Made by a program: the position numbers and the translations under genes
Part shown: positions 13,301 through 28,300 of the stretch, piece after piece
Layout: every line of letters begins with the position of its first letter
Numbering within the stretch: position 1 is the first letter of the stretch
Assembly: GCA_024679065.1 (NCBI GenBank)
Contig: JAGIQG010000002.1
Location: forward strand, 25,172,001-25,236,000
Length of the DNA: 64,000 bases
Direction: 5' to 3'
From: Sphyrna mokarran
Taxonomy: Eukaryota
The notes under the pieces: generated by a model
Databases searched by the model: none
Seen by the model: the letters and a program-made list of their open reading frames with translations, nothing else
Told to the model about the DNA's origin: nothing

Positions 13301-16300
13301 GGAAGCAAATACAAAGGAGATGTCAGGGGTAGTTTTTTCACTCAGAGGGTGGTGAGTGAATGGAACCGACTGCCGTCAGAGGTTGTTGAGGCAAACTCAC
13401 TGGGGTCTTTTAAGAGACTTCTGGATGAGTATATGGAAACGAATAGGATAGGGGGTTATAGATAGGTCTGTGGATTGGTAGATGTGATCGGCGCAACTCG
13501 TGGGCCGAAGGGCCTGTTTGTGCTGTATTGTTCTATGTTCTATGTTCTATGAACACAATGACCACTGAGCTGCTGATTTTAAGTAATGATCAATAAACTA
13601 TTATGAAAACAACAATCTTAACTAAAAGCTCTACAGAGGGAAATGCAGGATTGGTACGTCAAATTGCAAGACAACAAGATGGGGAAAATTGTCCAAAGAG
13701 AACAAGAAGTGACTAAAACTGTAGAAATCACACAGCAGGTAGAAAAGCTCATTTTGTTCAGAAAGCTTTAAACTCTTCCAAAACTAAACAACTCCCTGGA
13801 CTATATTTCTTTGCAAGTGATGTAGAATTTTCAATTCTTCAGTTCAGTAAACCCACCAGCTGCTTTAAGACCTTGCTTTCTTACTGTTAACTCCTTAAGT
13901 CAACAAGTCAGTAATCTTCAAGCTGCTTTAGCTACATTTATCCCATTTTCTTCAGTTAAACCTAATTCTTCTAGGACTAAAAAAGCTCAAGAGTATCACA
14001 TGAACTATGAACTATGCATTGGTAACAGGATTATTTATAAGTACAGCTATTTATAATCCAAAGTCATGTGATTCACAAAGGTTTAAGCACTTTACATTGC
14101 ATGTAGTTTGCCTAAGGTGGATTTCTTAAGTATTAGAGGATGTAGAATAATAAATTTACGTTTTAAGACTTGCAAGTATGCTGCATTTCAATCTTGATCT
14201 ACTATTCAATGAAATTATCCTAAATACTGAAGTTTATATCAAAGCTGTTCAAATCTTTTTATATCATTAACACAAAACACAATGGTGTAAAAGTAACACT
14301 TTCATGTAAACACTCAACTCTTGCACAGCAAGGGGAATTTAACAGAACTAGCTAAATATGATGAGCCAACTTAAAATACTTACATGCTGGAACAGAAAGA
14401 ATTTTGCTACTTTTTTATTTATTGAAGGAATGCAGGGTGTGCTGGCTGGGACAGCATTTTTTGCCCATCCCAAATTGCTCTTGAGGAGGTGATGGTGAGT
14501 TGCCTTCTTGAGCCACTGCTGCCCAGGTGGTGTAGATGCACCCATAGTGCTATTGGAGAGAGAATTAATAGTTATATATTTCCAAATCAGGATGGTGAGT
14601 GAGTTGCAGAAGAACTTCCATGTAGTGGTGTTCCCATATGTCTGCTATTATCCCTCCAGATGGTGATTTGGAAGGTAATGCCTAAGGAGCCTTTACTCAG
14701 TAGACTAATTTGTATAACTTATTCAATTGTAAAGAATAAATTGTTTTTCACTCCTTTGTCAATTCAATTCCCAGTGGTAGCTTCAAGAATACCATGTGTC
14801 ATAATGCAAATGTCCATCTCAATGACACTCTGGGTCTGATTTTCACAATACTGCATTGCAATGATGTACCAAGAACACTTGATGCATTTGTGCTTTCCCC
14901 TTTCTCATCAATTTGAAAAAAAAGTATTGGAATTATTAGAACATCATAGGTGCAGGTTGCAAAAACCTCTTGATGATACAGTTAAAAAAAAGATTTCTTC
15001 TGTTTATGGTGCAGACATGAATCCCTAACTATATGAAAATCAACATTTCTGTAACTTATTCCTTCTGAGCCAGAGTATGCTTTTATAAAGAGTGTGCTTT
15101 TATAAACCTAATATATGGTAATATGGAAGTTTGACAGTTGTCACCATTTTTGAGTACAGGATATGCTATGACTCATCACACAACCTAGGCTTCAAAAAGT
15201 GGCCGAAAGAAACAGTATTCAATTGTGTTTGGGCCATACATTCCAGATCAGATTTGTTAAAAACCTAATCAATGTACAATGAATATATCAATTCCAAAAT
15301 TAATACAGTATAATCATTTACAGTGTTACAGATGATAGCATCTTTTTGCAAAATCTCTGCATGAGATTTTAGCCTCTTTATATATTCAGCTTGCCTTTCA
15401 CTTGATTGCTTCAGATGTGACTGCCTAGGAGCACATTGTCTAATTTTTATTTTTCATACCTTTTTAAAATTGAATAGGAACAAAAGAAATCCAAAATGTA
15501 CCTCTCAATAAAAATAGCAGTTGAATATTTGAAAATACAGAGTAATATCTGCAGTTGCAGGGATTACCCTGGGAGTGTCAGCACTGTTCATCTAATCAAG
15601 TCCGATTCAAACCCATTTGTCATCAGATTGTAAACACCTTTAGCCATAACATAGATCAAATGCAAAAGAAGAGAAACAGATGTTGGTGATAACTAAAATG
15701 ACTTTGGATGTAACATTTGTTGACATATTAGAAATCAACAGATATCCTCATTTGCCTTTAAGTATGAATACAGCGATGCAAGAAGATGTGAAGCTTTTAG
15801 ATATTTCTTCCTTTACAGTTAATACTAAACAAAAATATTGTGGATGCTAGAAGTCTGAAATAAAACTAGGAAATACTCAACAAGCCTGGCAATATCTGTG
15901 GAGAGAGCAAGAAATAGAATTAATATTTTACATGGATGACCTTTCTGAATAATCTACTTGAAGAACTTGACAGAAGATTTTGGATGGCAAGATACTGTAA
16001 AGTTGGTGGGGAACTCATCCCTTCTGATGCAGGCAGTCCTGCTGCTACTTGACCCTCCCATGAGGCTGGGGCTTCTATCCTCTCCAAGTGGAAAACCACT
16101 TGGAGAGCTGCCAGCCAATCATTCAGGTCAGCAGCTCTATGATCCAGGCAGCACTGCCAGAAGCAGTAGCCAAAGTTGGGACTGCAATTAGTCCTTTGAG
16201 TCTCGAGGCTGGGAGCTCCAGGCTTTTGTGGCAGATAATGTAGGAAATAGAACCAGAAGTGGGCCATTTGGCCTCTTGAATCTGCTCCACCATTCAACTG

Positions 16301-19300
16301 GATCATAGCTGATCTTTTACCTCAACACCAGCTTCCCGCAATATCCCTATATCCCTTGACATTTTTGGTATCTTGAAATCTATTGATCTCACTTATATAA
16401 TGTACTAAACAACTAAACCTCCAAAAATTTCTGGAATAAAGAATTTCAAAGAATCCAGAGTTCAAATACAACAAAACAAATTTGCATAGCTTTTACCAAC
16501 TGTAAATACTTAAATATGACAAGTATTATGCCAAACAGCTATTTTTCTCTATGGTTCCAACTTAAGTAACATCCTCATAGACACAAATCCTACTTCAAAG
16601 TCAGTTAGCACCAAAAACAGATATGCTCATGTGGGTGCTATATTTCCAGCCTTTTAACACCTCTGGATAGAGATCCGAACAGACACCTGACTCCCATGTA
16701 GCAGTTTCCAGAGAAAGAGCTATCTTCAAGCAGTAGAACTTCAGAGAAAGATACCTCTTTTTTGGGGTACTAATCTGCAATCTCCAGAGAGATACAGGGC
16801 TATTTCTTTATAGCTCCTGATCTGAGTTTCTCTCTGTGAGCCTAGTCCTGCCCAGACACATGACCTTACTTGTCAATCAAGCTAATCAAGGCCCACTCTG
16901 AAAAACCGCAGGGGAAAATACTAAAATAACAACCCTACCATAGTCCAGATTAAAACAAACATTGTTGCAATTAAGATTAATTATGCTGCTGCAGTAGCAA
17001 CAGGAACTGCCATGTACAGACAAAATTGTACCAATATTTAGAATTGCCTGCTAAAACAAAATCCCTGCACAAGAAACATGACTCAATACATTTCTTAAAA
17101 ACACATTATCATCACACTGGTCCACTGATGAGGTTCCCCAGGAAAGATCCCTTAATTTGTTACTGTCTGACTGGGATACTTCAAATTGTTATGCCCTGAA
17201 TGAGGAGGGACGAATTGGCTCTTTCTTTATTCAACACCCTCTGCTGGTTTCAACAAGAATAATCTAAAAATTGTTCACAGATACCTCATTCCAGTCCCAA
17301 TGTTTATGTTTTAAAAGGAGCTAATGTGTCAAGCTTTCTTGAGTCATTAGATAGAGTGGATTTATTGACAGCTAAAGGCAAGAAAATGATAAAGCACATG
17401 CATTTACATTCGTACATATTAGAAGTGAGAATTGAATCCAAATCAAGTGAGTAAAAAAAAAAGTATACCAAACAATCCTTAACTTGTGATTGAGTATTGC
17501 AGCTATTACAATTCAAGACTCCAGTGGTACTAAGTTAAACAGGCAAATGATTGGTTTCGAGATTCTGTTGTTTTGGAGTTTGGTTGAGAAGCTTCCCTTT
17601 TTCTGTTTCAGTTGTGGTCTTTGCTGGCTTGGCTTATTTCAAAACTTAGAGAGAGAGAGTGAGTGAGATGGTTAGGGATATATCTTTGGAAAGCTTTTGC
17701 TTTGGTACGTGCGCGCGCACAAACACGTATGCACTGTGACAATTAATTTATGTGTTCTTTAGAAGTATCTGTGTTTGGAAACAGGACGGGTTCCATTGTC
17801 TCTCAGAGTGTCTTACGTTAGCAGGTTACATTTGTTACCAATTGATCTGCAAGGATCATTCCAGTTTCTGGAATTTCATGATATAATCACCAATACATTC
17901 TCTGTCCCTGCACCCACATCTTTCAACCTTCTGATGTTGAACATTAGGTCTGGGGATTTACCAATTTTCAGTCCCATTAATTTCTCTGGTATTACTATTT
18001 TATTAATACTAGTTTCTTTCAGTTCCTCATTCTCACTAAGCCCTTCAGTTTTCTGATATTTCTGGGAGATTTTTCATATCTTCCTCTGTGAAGACCGATG
18101 CAAAGTATTTGTTTAGTTTCTCTGTAATTTCCTTATTTCTGTATATATTCCCCTGTAAGAATTCTGGTTTTGTATCTAGCATTTCACTTGTACTGAATTT
18201 TAAAACTTGGTCTGTTTTATTTTGCTTATCAGATGTTAACTCTACATGGATAGCATAGCTATTTCCCCTGTGATCTCGACAAACAATGCCTCTCTTTTTT
18301 GAGAATGGACATTCTGCTAAATTCTCCAATGTTTGAGGAACACCATCTCCCTTAAATGGATGTCCAATTGCTCCTGTACTCTCCTGTGACTCTCCAACTG
18401 AGTTCAGTTCCATTGTCACTCTTGGTTTATTTGGGAACTTTCCTAGTTTCCATTTCAATCTGTCACGAAGGTGTTTGCTAAAAATATCACTGGCTCTCCT
18501 CCTTCAATCTTTTTAACCTTTAAGTGTCCTTCATGAGCCTTGTTTACTCCCTACTGAACTGACGAAAAGGAAAAATAGGCGCTTGGTCTGAAAAAAAGGC
18601 TAAATGACAGGAAACAAAGAGTAATAATAAAGATTTTTTTTGCAAGTTGAGGAAGGTTTGTAGTGGAGTTTCTCGGAGGTCACTGATGGGACTTTTGTTG
18701 TTCCTAACATGTATTAATGACCTAGATTGTGATGCACAGGGCTTGATTTAAAAATTTGCAGATGATACAAAGATTGAGAATGTAGTTTGCCAATTTTTGG
18801 GAAATTTCCAGTCTATCTGGTATGGATTGGACTGCAATTGTGCTACACTTAAGTCATTTTTTGAGAGAGTAGTGAGTTGCACTCTGTCTTTGGAAAGGGT
18901 GGGGCTGAAACATACTGGTGAGCTTGCTGCAAAGCAATTGAGCACCATTTTGAAAGGGTTTCCAATTTTTCAATGCACCAGAGGAGCCCCTCTCTCCACC
19001 CTGTGGACAACACGACTCCCTCTCATCAGTGGCATTTGTCCCTAGTCCCTTCCTGACATTGATCACAATGGGTTGCCCATAGAGACTCTGCATGCCCCAT
19101 CCCTTCATGGCCCCACCCCTTCATTACCTACCCTATTGGCACTGTCCCAGCACTGTGCCAGGTGGGTACTGCCAGATGAACACTGTCAGCCAGCTCCCTG
19201 ACCACTCAGTGGGTTCAACGGTCTCCAAGCTCCCTGGCATCGCCACCACGTTTGGTCTCCACAAGTAAGCCTTGCCAGATTCATGTCATGCCCGAGGATC

Positions 19301-22300
19301 AGAAGATCCTGGGACCTGGGAGAATCCTACTTTGAATGAGCTAAATGTATTTAAACGCTACTTTAATTTTACTAATTGGGCTTGCGTCCTTTCTGGATGA
19401 GATCTGGTTTATGCTAATAGCTATGGACCTACACAATTGCAATCCATTTGATGCTAGGCCCAAAACCCATTTTTAGGCCTAAAGTGCAATTTTCATGGAT
19501 TAGCACAATCTGCACTAGGTATGGTAAGGCCAAAAGATTGTGACCGTAGTCAATTATGTTGAAATAATCTTAAACTTTAAAAGGACTTAGATATGTTGGA
19601 TTTGATATGATGTGATTCATTTTGACTGGAAGGATATGGAGAGGTCATATAAAATGAAGGAAGAAACTCTGAAGGAGGTGCAGAAAGAAAGGAACTTCTG
19701 TGTATAGGTACCAAAGTAATTGAAGATAGCACAGAAGGTTGAGCGAACAGTTAATAAAGCATATAGTTAGTACCTTGAGTTTTATTACCAGGAACATTGA
19801 CCACAAAAGCAAAGAAGCCATGTTGAATTTGTATAAGACATTACTTAGGTCTCACCTGAAGTATTGTGTTCAGTTTGGGCAGTGGTTAGCACTGCTGCTT
19901 CACAGCATCAGGGACCTGGGTTTGATTCCTGGCGTGGGTCACTGTCTGTGTGGAGTTTGCATGTTCTCCCCGTGTCTGCATGTGTTTCCTCTGGGTGCTG
20001 CGTTTTCCTCCCACATTCTGAAAGACATGCAGTTAGGTACATTGACCCAAATAGATATTGTGCTGTGGCAACCAGGGGAATTTCACAGTAACTTCATTGC
20101 AGTGTTAATGTAATGTAGTTGTGACGAATAAATAAAGTTTAAACTTTTAAACATTTTTGAAGAAGGATGTGAAGACATTAGAGAGGGTACAGAGGAGATT
20201 TACAAGAATGATTCCAGGGATAAAGAACTGTAGCTGTGAGGATAAGTTGGAGAGGTTGGGATTATTTTCCTTGGAGGAAAGAAGGCTCAGATGAGACTTG
20301 ATAGAGGTATTCATGATCTTGAGGAGCATGAACAGGGTAAATGGTGAGAACTGCTCCCATTCAAAAGAATATCAAGAACTAGAGGACGCAGATGAAAAAT
20401 AATTGGCAAAAGGAATAAAAGTGATGTCAAAAAAAATGTTTTCACCTTAGGGTAGTTGGAATCTGGAACAAACTTCCAGAGAGGATGATGGACTCAGGTT
20501 TGATTGAGATGTTTAAGAGAGAATTGAATTGAAGAAGGGAGGTCCCAGGGAATTGTGATTGAGTGAGATCAGGTTATTGGTTTGGAAAGGCCTGCGGAGA
20601 AGGGAGCAATTGGTGAATTCAGAAGATTAATAAATTTATAAATTATTTTTTCCAATGAAATCCTTTTTATGATTACTGCTTATTTCCATACTAGCTGCAA
20701 TATTGTACACATCTGTAAATTTGTGCGTTGCTTCGACTGGAAAAGAATTGGATATCAACCATTCATGTTCTTCAAGCTCCTTTTGTGTGTTTGAAATATC
20801 TAAATGCTAATCATGTCTTTTTGCTCTTGGTATTCATGGAGTGATGCTAAAGAACCACCTGTTAATGGAATTGTATATTCCTTCATGCTCTCCTTTTCTT
20901 TCATACTACAGGTTTTTATCTTACAATCAGATTAGATTTATTGCAGATTATATGTTCCAGCCCACTTCAGAAATTGAACTTATGTAAGTCATTAAAACAT
21001 AAAAACAAATTAGACCATGTTTTGAAAGATAAGACTACACATTAAAATGCATCCTTTCTTTCAAAAGTGATATCAGCAACAACCATTTGTATGCAGTACA
21101 AAGGGATCTCTTTAGGACAAAGCATGGATTACCTTCCCTGAAAGTCTTGTAAGTAATTTAAGACTATAAACATCTTTTCCTTTGTTCATTAATGTTTTTT
21201 TATTCATAAAATTTGTAAAAGCACATTGTAAAACTTTTCAATTTCAAAATAATAGAAAGCATAATAAAATTCAACTTGTCTTCATAAATCTGTTCCAATT
21301 TTAGAAACCCCAACATATTGTAACACTCTTGATATTTACAATGTATGTTTCATGTCAGACATCCTGAGGGCAAAATAATTCAATGTGAAAATCACAGAAA
21401 GTCAAACAGAAACAAAAACAGTGTAATAGAATTCAACTTTTCTCTATATAGCATAGTCTCTCTGGGATGCCTCAATACAATTTCAATAACCTTGATATTC
21501 ATACATTCCACGTCAGGCATTTAGATCAAGCAGTTACACACAGATTCTAGTGCCTCATCTACGGCTGAAAATCTTTCAACGGTGTTAAGAACTCCATTGA
21601 TGTTAAATGCAAGCATATCCCAAAACCCAGAAGGGTAACTTGGACCATAGGTTCTTAATGGTGTATATTTTCAATCTAGCATCCTGTGAGTAAAGACATG
21701 CAAACCAGGGGTGAACAGTCATTTTGTGTCCGATTAATAAATAATATTTATTATCTTAAAATGAAACACACAAGAACGATTATATTACACTACATCAGGA
21801 TATTTAATTACACTGATGGCTGTACACACACACAATCTTTTGAAGTTATTCCTTGTTCCCAACAACCTATGTTTTCTTTTCACTGATATGCACACCCTTT
21901 TTTCCCAAATCACATCCAATATTGTGTAGCACTACGAGCTAAATCTAGCAGGTAATTACCATGCCCAGGTTATTGTCCATGTTTGAAACAGTTGTCTTCA
22001 GTTTCAGTGGAGGGGTAGTTTTTTTTTGTTTTGAGTTTTGGGTTTTAGTAACTTTTAATAACTTGTTTTCTGGTGAGACTTTTCTGCAGTTGGGAATGGC
22101 TGTGATGGTCAGTTGTGACCCTTTCTCCAGTTATTTCTCTGGATATATAATTTTTGCCTTTGTGAATCTGGATTTTCATGTTTGAGTGCCAATTCCCTCC
22201 ACTTTGAAGTCACCACTCTCTGCTGTACCCCATTGTTTTTCTCCAGTACATATGTAAACACTTGTTTTTTCCACTTACATGATAATTTGCACATCAAAGT

Positions 22301-25300
22301 TTCTTTCAGACAGCTACACTTATCAGTCTCCTTTCATCCCCTCTTTATTTTCTCCCAATTTACTTTTTGTATCTTAAATTTTCCTCAATTCTTAACAGCA
22401 ATCTTTTCCCAATTGCCTCTGCGACAGCTGTCCAAGCTTTAGTGCATCCTTCACATAATCCTGCACCTTGGAATGTGCCAGTTTGCAATACTCTGAGGCT
22501 AACTCTTTGCACTGGTAGTCCAAGTTTCACAGTAAGAAGTCTCACAACATCAGGTTGAAGTCCAGTAAGTTTATTTGGTAGCAAAAGCTATCAAATACAG
22601 AGCGCTCTGAAAGCTAGTAGCTTTTACTACCAAATAAACCTGTTGGACTTTAACCTGATGTTCTGAAACTTCCTACTGTGTTTACTCCAATTCAGCGCTG
22701 GCATCTCCATATTATGTCCAAGTTTCAGCCAGATCAAACAGAGTGATTTTTGTTAATAAAGTTGATTGTGTGTGTCTCTGGGAACAGCCCCTAGGGCAGA
22801 GTCCTGCATTACAAAGTTGCTTGGGATGAACCTCAACAGAAAACACAGTCCACCTCCTTGTGAAATATGCCTTCGCAAATAAGGTTTGGAGAAAGACTTG
22901 AAAAGTCCTTAGATTTTAGCAAGAAGGACTTTGTAGGGCCAACTAGGCTGGATGTGCCATTTGTGTTCTCTGAATCCAGTGCCTAGGGTGAATTCAGGTG
23001 GCCCATTGATTTTAGTTTTATTATACTTCTTTGTAGTGGTTTGATACAACTGAGTGGCTTGCTAGAGAGCATTTTAAGGTTAAACGCATTACTACGGTCA
23101 AGAATTAAGTACAGGCCAGACCAGGTAAGAATGACAAATTTCCTTTGCTAAAGGACATTGGTGAATCAGTTGGGTTTTAATGGCAAGCTGATAACTTCAT
23201 GGTCACCATCACTCATGCTAGTTTTTGTTCCAGATTTATGTTTTCTTTAAAATTAATTCAAATTCACAAAATTCCACTGTGGGACTTGAACTAACTTCTC
23301 TGAATTACTAACCTATCTCTTCCTAATCCATTAATATATCTATTACACTGTAGCACCCCATGCTACATTTATTTTATGATTTTATAAGGCGGTGGAGACA
23401 CACAGTATGAGGACAATACGAACACAGCACACTATAGTAATGGAACCAAGAATGGGGGAGCTCAGCCATATTGAATTCCAAGGAATAACGTGAGGCTAGA
23501 TGGCCTCTACTTTAATGCTGGGAGCATTATAGGTAGAGCTGATGAGTTAAAGGCATGGATTGACACGTGAAAGAGTGCTGCCTTCACTGAGAGGAAGGAA
23601 TGGACAGGACTGGCAACTCAACATTCTGGGGTGTAGGATCTTCAGGGAAGACAAGGGGGGGTGCAAAAGAGAAGATGGTATCTCATTATTAATTAATGAT
23701 CAGTTACTGCAGTATGGAGAGTGATAAGGTATATAAAGAGAAAAAGATCAGTGAAGACAAATGTAGGATCTTTGCAATTCAAAGTGGGAGAATTTATAAT
23801 GGGGAACAAAGAAATGCCTGACCAGCGAAATGCATATTTTGGTTCTACCTTCACAAAGAGGACATAAGTAACATACCAGAAATGTTGGGGAACACAAGGT
23901 TTAGTGGGAGGGAGAAACTGAAGGAAATCAGTATTAGTGGAGAAATTATGCTGGAGAAATTGATTGAATTGAAGGTAGATAAATCCCCAGCCTTTATTGG
24001 GCCGGATAATCTCCATCCCAGAGGACTTAAGGAAGTACTTAAGTGAGTGGGCAAATGCACGGCAGATGCAGTATATTGTGGATAAATGTGAGGTTATCAA
24101 CTTTGGTAGCAAAAACAGGAAGACTGTTAAGGTGCAGGGAGTCGGGGGTAGGGTGTTAGACTGGATAGAGGATTGGTTGTCTAATAGGAAGCAGAGGGTA
24201 GGTATTAATGGGTGCTATTCTGATTGGCAGCTGGTGACTAGTGGAGTGCTGCAGGAATCGGTGCTGGGGCCTCAACTATTTACCATTTACATAGATGATC
24301 TGGAGGAAGGAGCTGAATACAGGGTGATGAAATTTGCTGATGACACGAAGATGAGTGGAAAAGCAAATTGCATGGAAAGTATGGAAAGCCTGCAGAGGGA
24401 TCTGGATAGGTTGAGTGAGTGGGCGAGGACCTGGCAGATGGAGTATAATGTTGGCAAGTGTGAGGTTATCCACTTTGGTAGGAATAATAGTAGGAAGGAT
24501 TACTATTTAAATGGCAAAAAGTTGCAGCATGCGACAGTGCAGAGGGACCTGAGGGCCCTTGTGCACGAATCACAAAAACACAGTATGCAGGTGCAGCAGA
24601 TGATTAAGAAGGTGAATGCAATGTTGGCCTTTCTAGCTAGGGGGATAGAATATAAAAGTAGGGAGATTCTGTTGCAGCTGTATAGGGTGCTGGTGAGGCC
24701 GCAGCTGGAGTACTGTGTGCAGTCTTGGAAGGGGTGCAGAGAAGGTTTACTGGACTGATACCGGAGATGAGGGTGTTGGAATATGAGGAGAGACTGAATA
24801 GGCTAGGTTTGTACTCTTTGGAGTTTAGAAGGCTGAGAGGGGATCTTATAGAGATGTATAAGATAATGAAGGGAATGGATAGGGTAGAGGTTGAGAGATT
24901 CTTCCCACTTAGCAAAGATAGCTGGACTAGAAGGCACAGCCTCAAGATTAGGGGGGGTGCGGTTCAGATCTGAGTTTGCAGAGGAGTTTCTTCACGCAAA
25001 GGGTGGTGAATCTTTGGAATTCTCAGCCTGATGAGGTGGTGGAGGCTTCCTCACTGAATATGTTGAAGTCAAGAGTGGATAAGTTTTTGATTGACAAGGG
25101 AATTAAGGGTTACGGGGAGAAAGCGGGAAAGTGGTACTGAACCACTACAGATCAGCCATGATCTTATTGAATGGCGGGGCAGGCTCGAGGGGCTGGATGG
25201 CCTACTCCTGCTCCTATTTCTTATGTTCTTATGTCTGATTATTACCTAAGTAGCTATAAATTGAGAAGGGAATGTGCAATGAGATCTGGGTGTCCCTGTA

Positions 25301-28300
25301 CACCAGTCGCTGTGGGTAAGCCAGCGGGTGCAGCAGGCAGTAAAGAATGCAAATGATATCATGGCCTTATAGCAAGAGAATTCACGTACAGGAACAGGAG
25401 CAGGAATGTCTTGCTGCAATTATAGAGGGCCTTGGTGAGACCACACCTGAAATACCCTTATCTGAGGAAGAGTGTTCTTGCTATAGAAGGAGTGCAGAAA
25501 ATGTTTACTAAATTGGTTCTTGGGATAGCAGGACTAACATATGAGGAGATATTAGGATTATATTCGCTGGAGTTTAGAAAAATGATGGGGATCTCATGGG
25601 TAAATGCAAGAAGGATGTTCCCAATTTTTTTTCTATTTATTCATGGATCATAGGCATCGCTGACAGGCCAGCATTTATTATCCATCCCCAGTTGCGCAAG
25701 GGCAGTTGAGAGTCCACTACATTGCTGTTGCTCTGGAATCACATATATGGCAGACTAGGTAAGGATGGTAGATTTCCTTCCCTAAAGGACGTTATTGAAG
25801 AAGACAGGTTTTTCCTGACGATCAACAATGGTTTCATCATCATCAGTAAATTCTTAATTCCAGATTTTTTTTATTGAATCTAAATCCTCCCATCTGCCAT
25901 GATGGGATTCGAACCTGGGTCGCCAGAACATCAGCTGAGCTCTGGATTAATAGTCTAGCAATAATATCACTAGGCCATTATTTTCCCCCAGTGATGGGGG
26001 AGTTCAGAACCAGGATACAGGCCAGTGCTCTTGGGACTGAGATGAGGAGAAATTTCTTTACCTAGAGAGTGGTAAGCCTGTGAAATTCATTATCACAGAA
26101 AGCTGTTAAGATCAAAACACTGCACGCTTTCAAGAAAGAGTTGGGTACAGCTCTTGGGGTGTAATGTGGGGGAAGGTGGGATCAGACTATTGAGTTGGAT
26201 GATCAACTGTGATCATAATAAATGGTGAAGTAGGCTCGAAGGGCTGTATGGCCTACTTTTGCTTCTATTTTCTATGTTTCTGTCGTTCTCTATCTTGGAA
26301 TGGTCGTCAAATAAGGCTCTGTGGTAGAGTTTAGGAATAACAAAGGGATAGTCATATTGTTGCGATTGTATTATAAGTCCCCCAAACAGTCAGCAGGCAT
26401 AGAAGAGCAGATATGTGATCAATAGACAGAGGTATGTAAAAACAATAGTAATTGGGTAATTATATTGGGGATTTCAATTTACCCAACATTAATTGGGATA
26501 CATCGTGCAAAGCATTTGAATAGATGCTGGATATCATGTGCTGTCGAAGGCTCTGCCTCCAAAAGGTGAACATTTGTGCCACCTGTTACAGGACCTGGCA
26601 TCTTGGGTCAGAGGGGAGGGGGCACTCACTCTTGTTGACTGTCAAATTGACACTTCTCTGAACTTCTATGCAACTGGCTTCTTCCAGACTCCTAGCAGAT
26701 ATAGAACATAGATACATTTATGTGGCATTTCCCAGTCAGCTGTGCACACCTGTGTCAAGCAGGTATGGAAGCCCTGCATGCCCAAGCTGGGCAGTACATC
26801 AAGTTTAACCTGAGCCAGGCACAGCAGAAAGCCTGGACTGCAGAGTTCACAGGCATTGCAGGAATACCTAATGTACAGAGGCCATTAATTGCATCCATGT
26901 CACCCTCAAGGCTCCATTGCAGAATCCACAAAGATTTATCAACAGAAGGGGGTTTTTCTTTCTGAATATCCAACTGGTGTGTGACCACAGTATGTACATT
27001 ATGCATGTCTGCATAAAACACCCAGGCACCGCAGCTTACTCTCAGGAGCTCTGACATCCTGGAGGCATTTGAGGACAAACCCAAGTTGCGATATGGGTTA
27101 TCCGCTTCGGACACGGCTGATGTGACTGAGGCGAAGACCCACTATAATGAAGCCCATGTAGCCACTTGCTCAAAAGTGGAGAGGTGCATAGTGCACCTCA
27201 AAATGTGATTCTGGTGCCTGGACCACTCTGGCAGGCCCTATATACAGTCCTCTGATTTCTTCCCACATTGTGGTGGTGTGCTGTGTCCTGCCATCGGTTC
27301 CCCAGAACCCAACCTCTGGCACAACAGAGAGGTAACCTATTGGAGGAGGAGGAGGAAGTGAAGGCTGACCAGCCAGGCGATGCTGGAAGGAGGGTGACCA
27401 GTAAGAGGAGGAGGAGTAAGAAGATGAGGAGCACGCTGAGCAACACCATATAGGCTCTGGAGGACTGGCAGCTTGAATGAGGCATGCGAGGATAGCTAGG
27501 GAGGCTATGAGCACCAGGCAGTTCAGGTGCTAGGGGCCTGTCTCTGTGGGTTCCATCCCCTCCAAGTTCTCCTATCTCCTGCAACATCATCACACCGAAG
27601 AGGCGGGCCTGAGTATGCTGTGTTAGCAAATTTCTATGGCAGGAGGGTGACAATGACTCGCTAAGTGCCATCATGATGATACCTGGTGCAAAGTAGTCTG
27701 ACTCTTACCTGACCTCTGCATGCACGCTGGCACCTGGGCAAACATTCGTGTAGTGGGAAAGGGATCTGAAACCCCCATACAGGGCCCTGAGGTGGGCCAG
27801 GGAAGGGAATTGCTTGTGAGTTTTGGGGTGGATGGGGTGGGGGAGCGGAGGAAATCACTTGAGTTCTGGGGAATCAATGGCTTCATTTTCTCAGTGACAC
27901 TGCCTTAAGTGGCCTCCCCAACTATCATCAACATGAAACATTGCTCCGGCAATCATCAATGGAAGAGGATTTTTGTTCAAGACAAATCTGAGACAAATTA
28001 GTCACAGATGGATGGTGAAAAACATTTAATAATGCCAATAAAGGTGTTTAAATAATAAGTTCTAACATAAAAACGTGTGAACAGAAAACATTAACTTAAA
28101 GATATATTTCACTAGTGCAGTCCTTCACTTGTGCATCTTACTGCAACTACAACTTCCTAATCTTGCGTGGCCCACCACCATGTCTCAGTGACTCCCTAGA
28201 ATGTACATTGGAGGTGGAGGGGGCGAGCTGCCTATCTCACCCCATTGTCTGTGATGCACGTGGCGGGGATCCTCTGGAGGTCCTGGATCTTGAGGGCACT

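Noticed and set aside
13620-15830. AT-rich stretch with short protein-like minus-strand frames (e.g. [24 protein letters not shown])
   Set aside because: Frequent stops, no consistent splice phase and no family I can recognise; it may be an ancient TE or pseudo-exon but is unsupported.
18150-18480. Minus-strand ORF with CPFSKKRG, possibly a gag knuckle, and LTR-like sequence at 16500-17800
   Set aside because: Too decayed; no paired LTRs, PBS or TSD could be established.
26720-27514. Possible domesticated HARBI1-like host gene
   Set aside because: Multiple frameshifts and decayed catalytic motifs indicate a dead transposon.
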